64,000 nt of DNA from Tubiluchus corallicola (taxonomy: Eukaryota; Animalia; Priapulida): contig JAQGDQ010000045.1 in NCBI GenBank assembly GCA_030141605.1, positions 1 to 64,000 of the forward strand, given 5' to 3'. Shown here piece by piece: positions 62,301 through 64,000 of this stretch (position 1 is its first letter; each line of letters opens with the position of its first letter). Under the pieces are notes generated by a model that saw nothing but the letters and a program-made list of their open reading frames with translations, was not told where the DNA came from and made no database searches. Made by a program: the position numbers and the translations under genes.

Positions 62301-64000
62301 GAATATGTTTTTAATGAAAACGGCATAATAATTGCTTGCAGTATTAGTCTGTCTGACAGCAGTCACTGTGACTGTCTGGCAGCAGTGAATGTGTGAAGAT
62401 ACTGAAGATAGCAAGCAAGGTGGCTAAAATTATGCAGGCTGCTCTACTATTAATCTATAAAGGAGCTAAGTTGTAATAGCTGCGGTTGCAGCAGTAAGAA
62501 GACAGGAAATTGAAGGAATGAAGGCTCACTGTACTACAAATAGAATACAGAAAACCAGTTTTTAAGAAAATATTTTAACTAAAAAGACGATATCGGCTCA
62601 TATACAAGAGGCCAAATGGATAGACAGCAGAAGCAGAGTGCAGTCGATGTGACTGTGTGATTTGGTAGACAAAACTCAACCCAACTCTACTCGCGATGTA
62701 TTTCTTAGACCCGCAACTCATGTAAACAGTCACACAGCCAAGGAGACCACTACGATAGTGGTTTTTGCGCGATTGTCTTCTTTTTGTGGTCTCTTTCCAG
62801 GACTAGGATATACACATCCTGTCCTGTATCTTTTCGCTAGCACAGTACAGCCCTGACCAAGCACTTTTCATTGCAATCGGAGTCCCTGACAACGTGTTTT
62901 TCATGACACAGAGGCAAAATAAGTTCACATAGCTACATGAAGTGTAAACAGGGGTATAAATAGAACATCATTGAAAGTATGAAGGAATTAGGGGACCCAT
63001 TATGTGTCCTGTATCTTCTCCATAGTGTAAACAGAACTTTGGTCAATAATTTTTGCCTCGACTATATTAGGAGAATCAAGCGTATTTCAATTACAAACAG
63101 CTCATGCAACGCAAAAATGAAAAACTTGTGTAAATTTAAAAAGAACCAGTACAAACCAACCGGTACATTCCGAACTGTCTAATAAAGAAAATCAGTCACG
63201 ACTTTTACATACGAAGCAAGTGCAAACAACCTCTCCAGAGCCGTGAATCAAAGTTAGCCACTTCGGCTGATTAGCAAGGAAATGAAGCCCCACACGCGCA
63301 CACACACCTATAGCAGAATGAACGTATAGCCAGCCGGCCGCGCAAGGTCAAGCAACTTGTGTGGGGAAGCTATTTGTTAATCAATAGCGGTAGAGTGAAT
63401 AGGCGTTTGTGTCAGTCTGAAGCTCTCACACGAGATTATTGATCAGTCGGTAAATGCCATGCGAGTACACTGCCCCACGACGCTGCCGCTGCTACTGCTT
63501 CAGCATGAATATATTAGCAGTTAGCACTTACTACACCGTCAATACTATTTCGTAAAATTTAATGCCGCTCGTATTGACCCACAACCGCCGAGAGATGAAT
63601 CATGTATACAGACATGGCGTGCGAGTAGCGGGAAAAGTTGTGCGCAATCACAGACCACAATAGCTTCACTCGGCAAACAAATTTACGCAAATTTCAATTT
63701 GAAATCTCGGTAAAACAAATGTCAGTTCTAACAGCTACAGACAATATGCGCTACAGATGACAATAGGCACGTTCCTGGACATTTTCAAGCAGTGCACGCT
63801 GCAACGAATCTAGAACCAAAATTAAAAATCTTAAAAGAACAAATTAAAAGAACGACGGAATGAACCTAAAAATTACACTATTGCTGAAGTTTGAAACCAA
63901 ATAAATATATTAATCAAATCAACGTTGGTGGATTTACTCCATCATTAATAATGATCTTGAAATTAAGATTATTAATAATAATTAAGAAATTGAAAAGAAG

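Noticed and set aside
55553-64000. Upstream coding exon of ataxin-1
   Set aside because: No ATG-initiated ORF with a convincing phase-1 donor could be identified by eye; it may lie outside the window or be non-coding.

Overview
AT-rich, intron-rich animal genomic DNA, probably an invertebrate bilaterian; not prokaryotic. Splicing exons by hand gives four genes. (1) The first coding exon of an SLC22-type organic ion transporter (minus, 154-396), running off the left edge. (2) A complete 10-exon nucleoporin/GATOR2 subunit SEH1 gene (plus, 4635-14090, 374 aa). (3) A complete 11-exon G-protein alpha-s gene (minus, 44348-18201, 377 aa, ending QYELL), convergent with SEH1. (4) The last two coding exons of an ataxin-1 family AXH protein (minus, 55552-52915). 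The main finding is a second, upstream first coding exon for G-alpha-s (45967-45790). It starts MGNKSCCSC and ends KLLLV-G|GTGAGT in the same splice phase as the canonical exon 1, predicting a 392-aa isoform with a different N-terminus and lipidation, analogous to vertebrate XL-alpha-s/XL-Golf. Other notable structure: a 116-bp near-identical copy of the SEH1 exon 9 acceptor pasted into intron 4, inverted element copies flanking SEH1 exon 5, a hAT-type MITE with an exact 8-bp TSD, a fold-back element, a 49-bp minisatellite and a tRNA-derived remnant. No database searches were run; all homology calls are from recalled family motifs.
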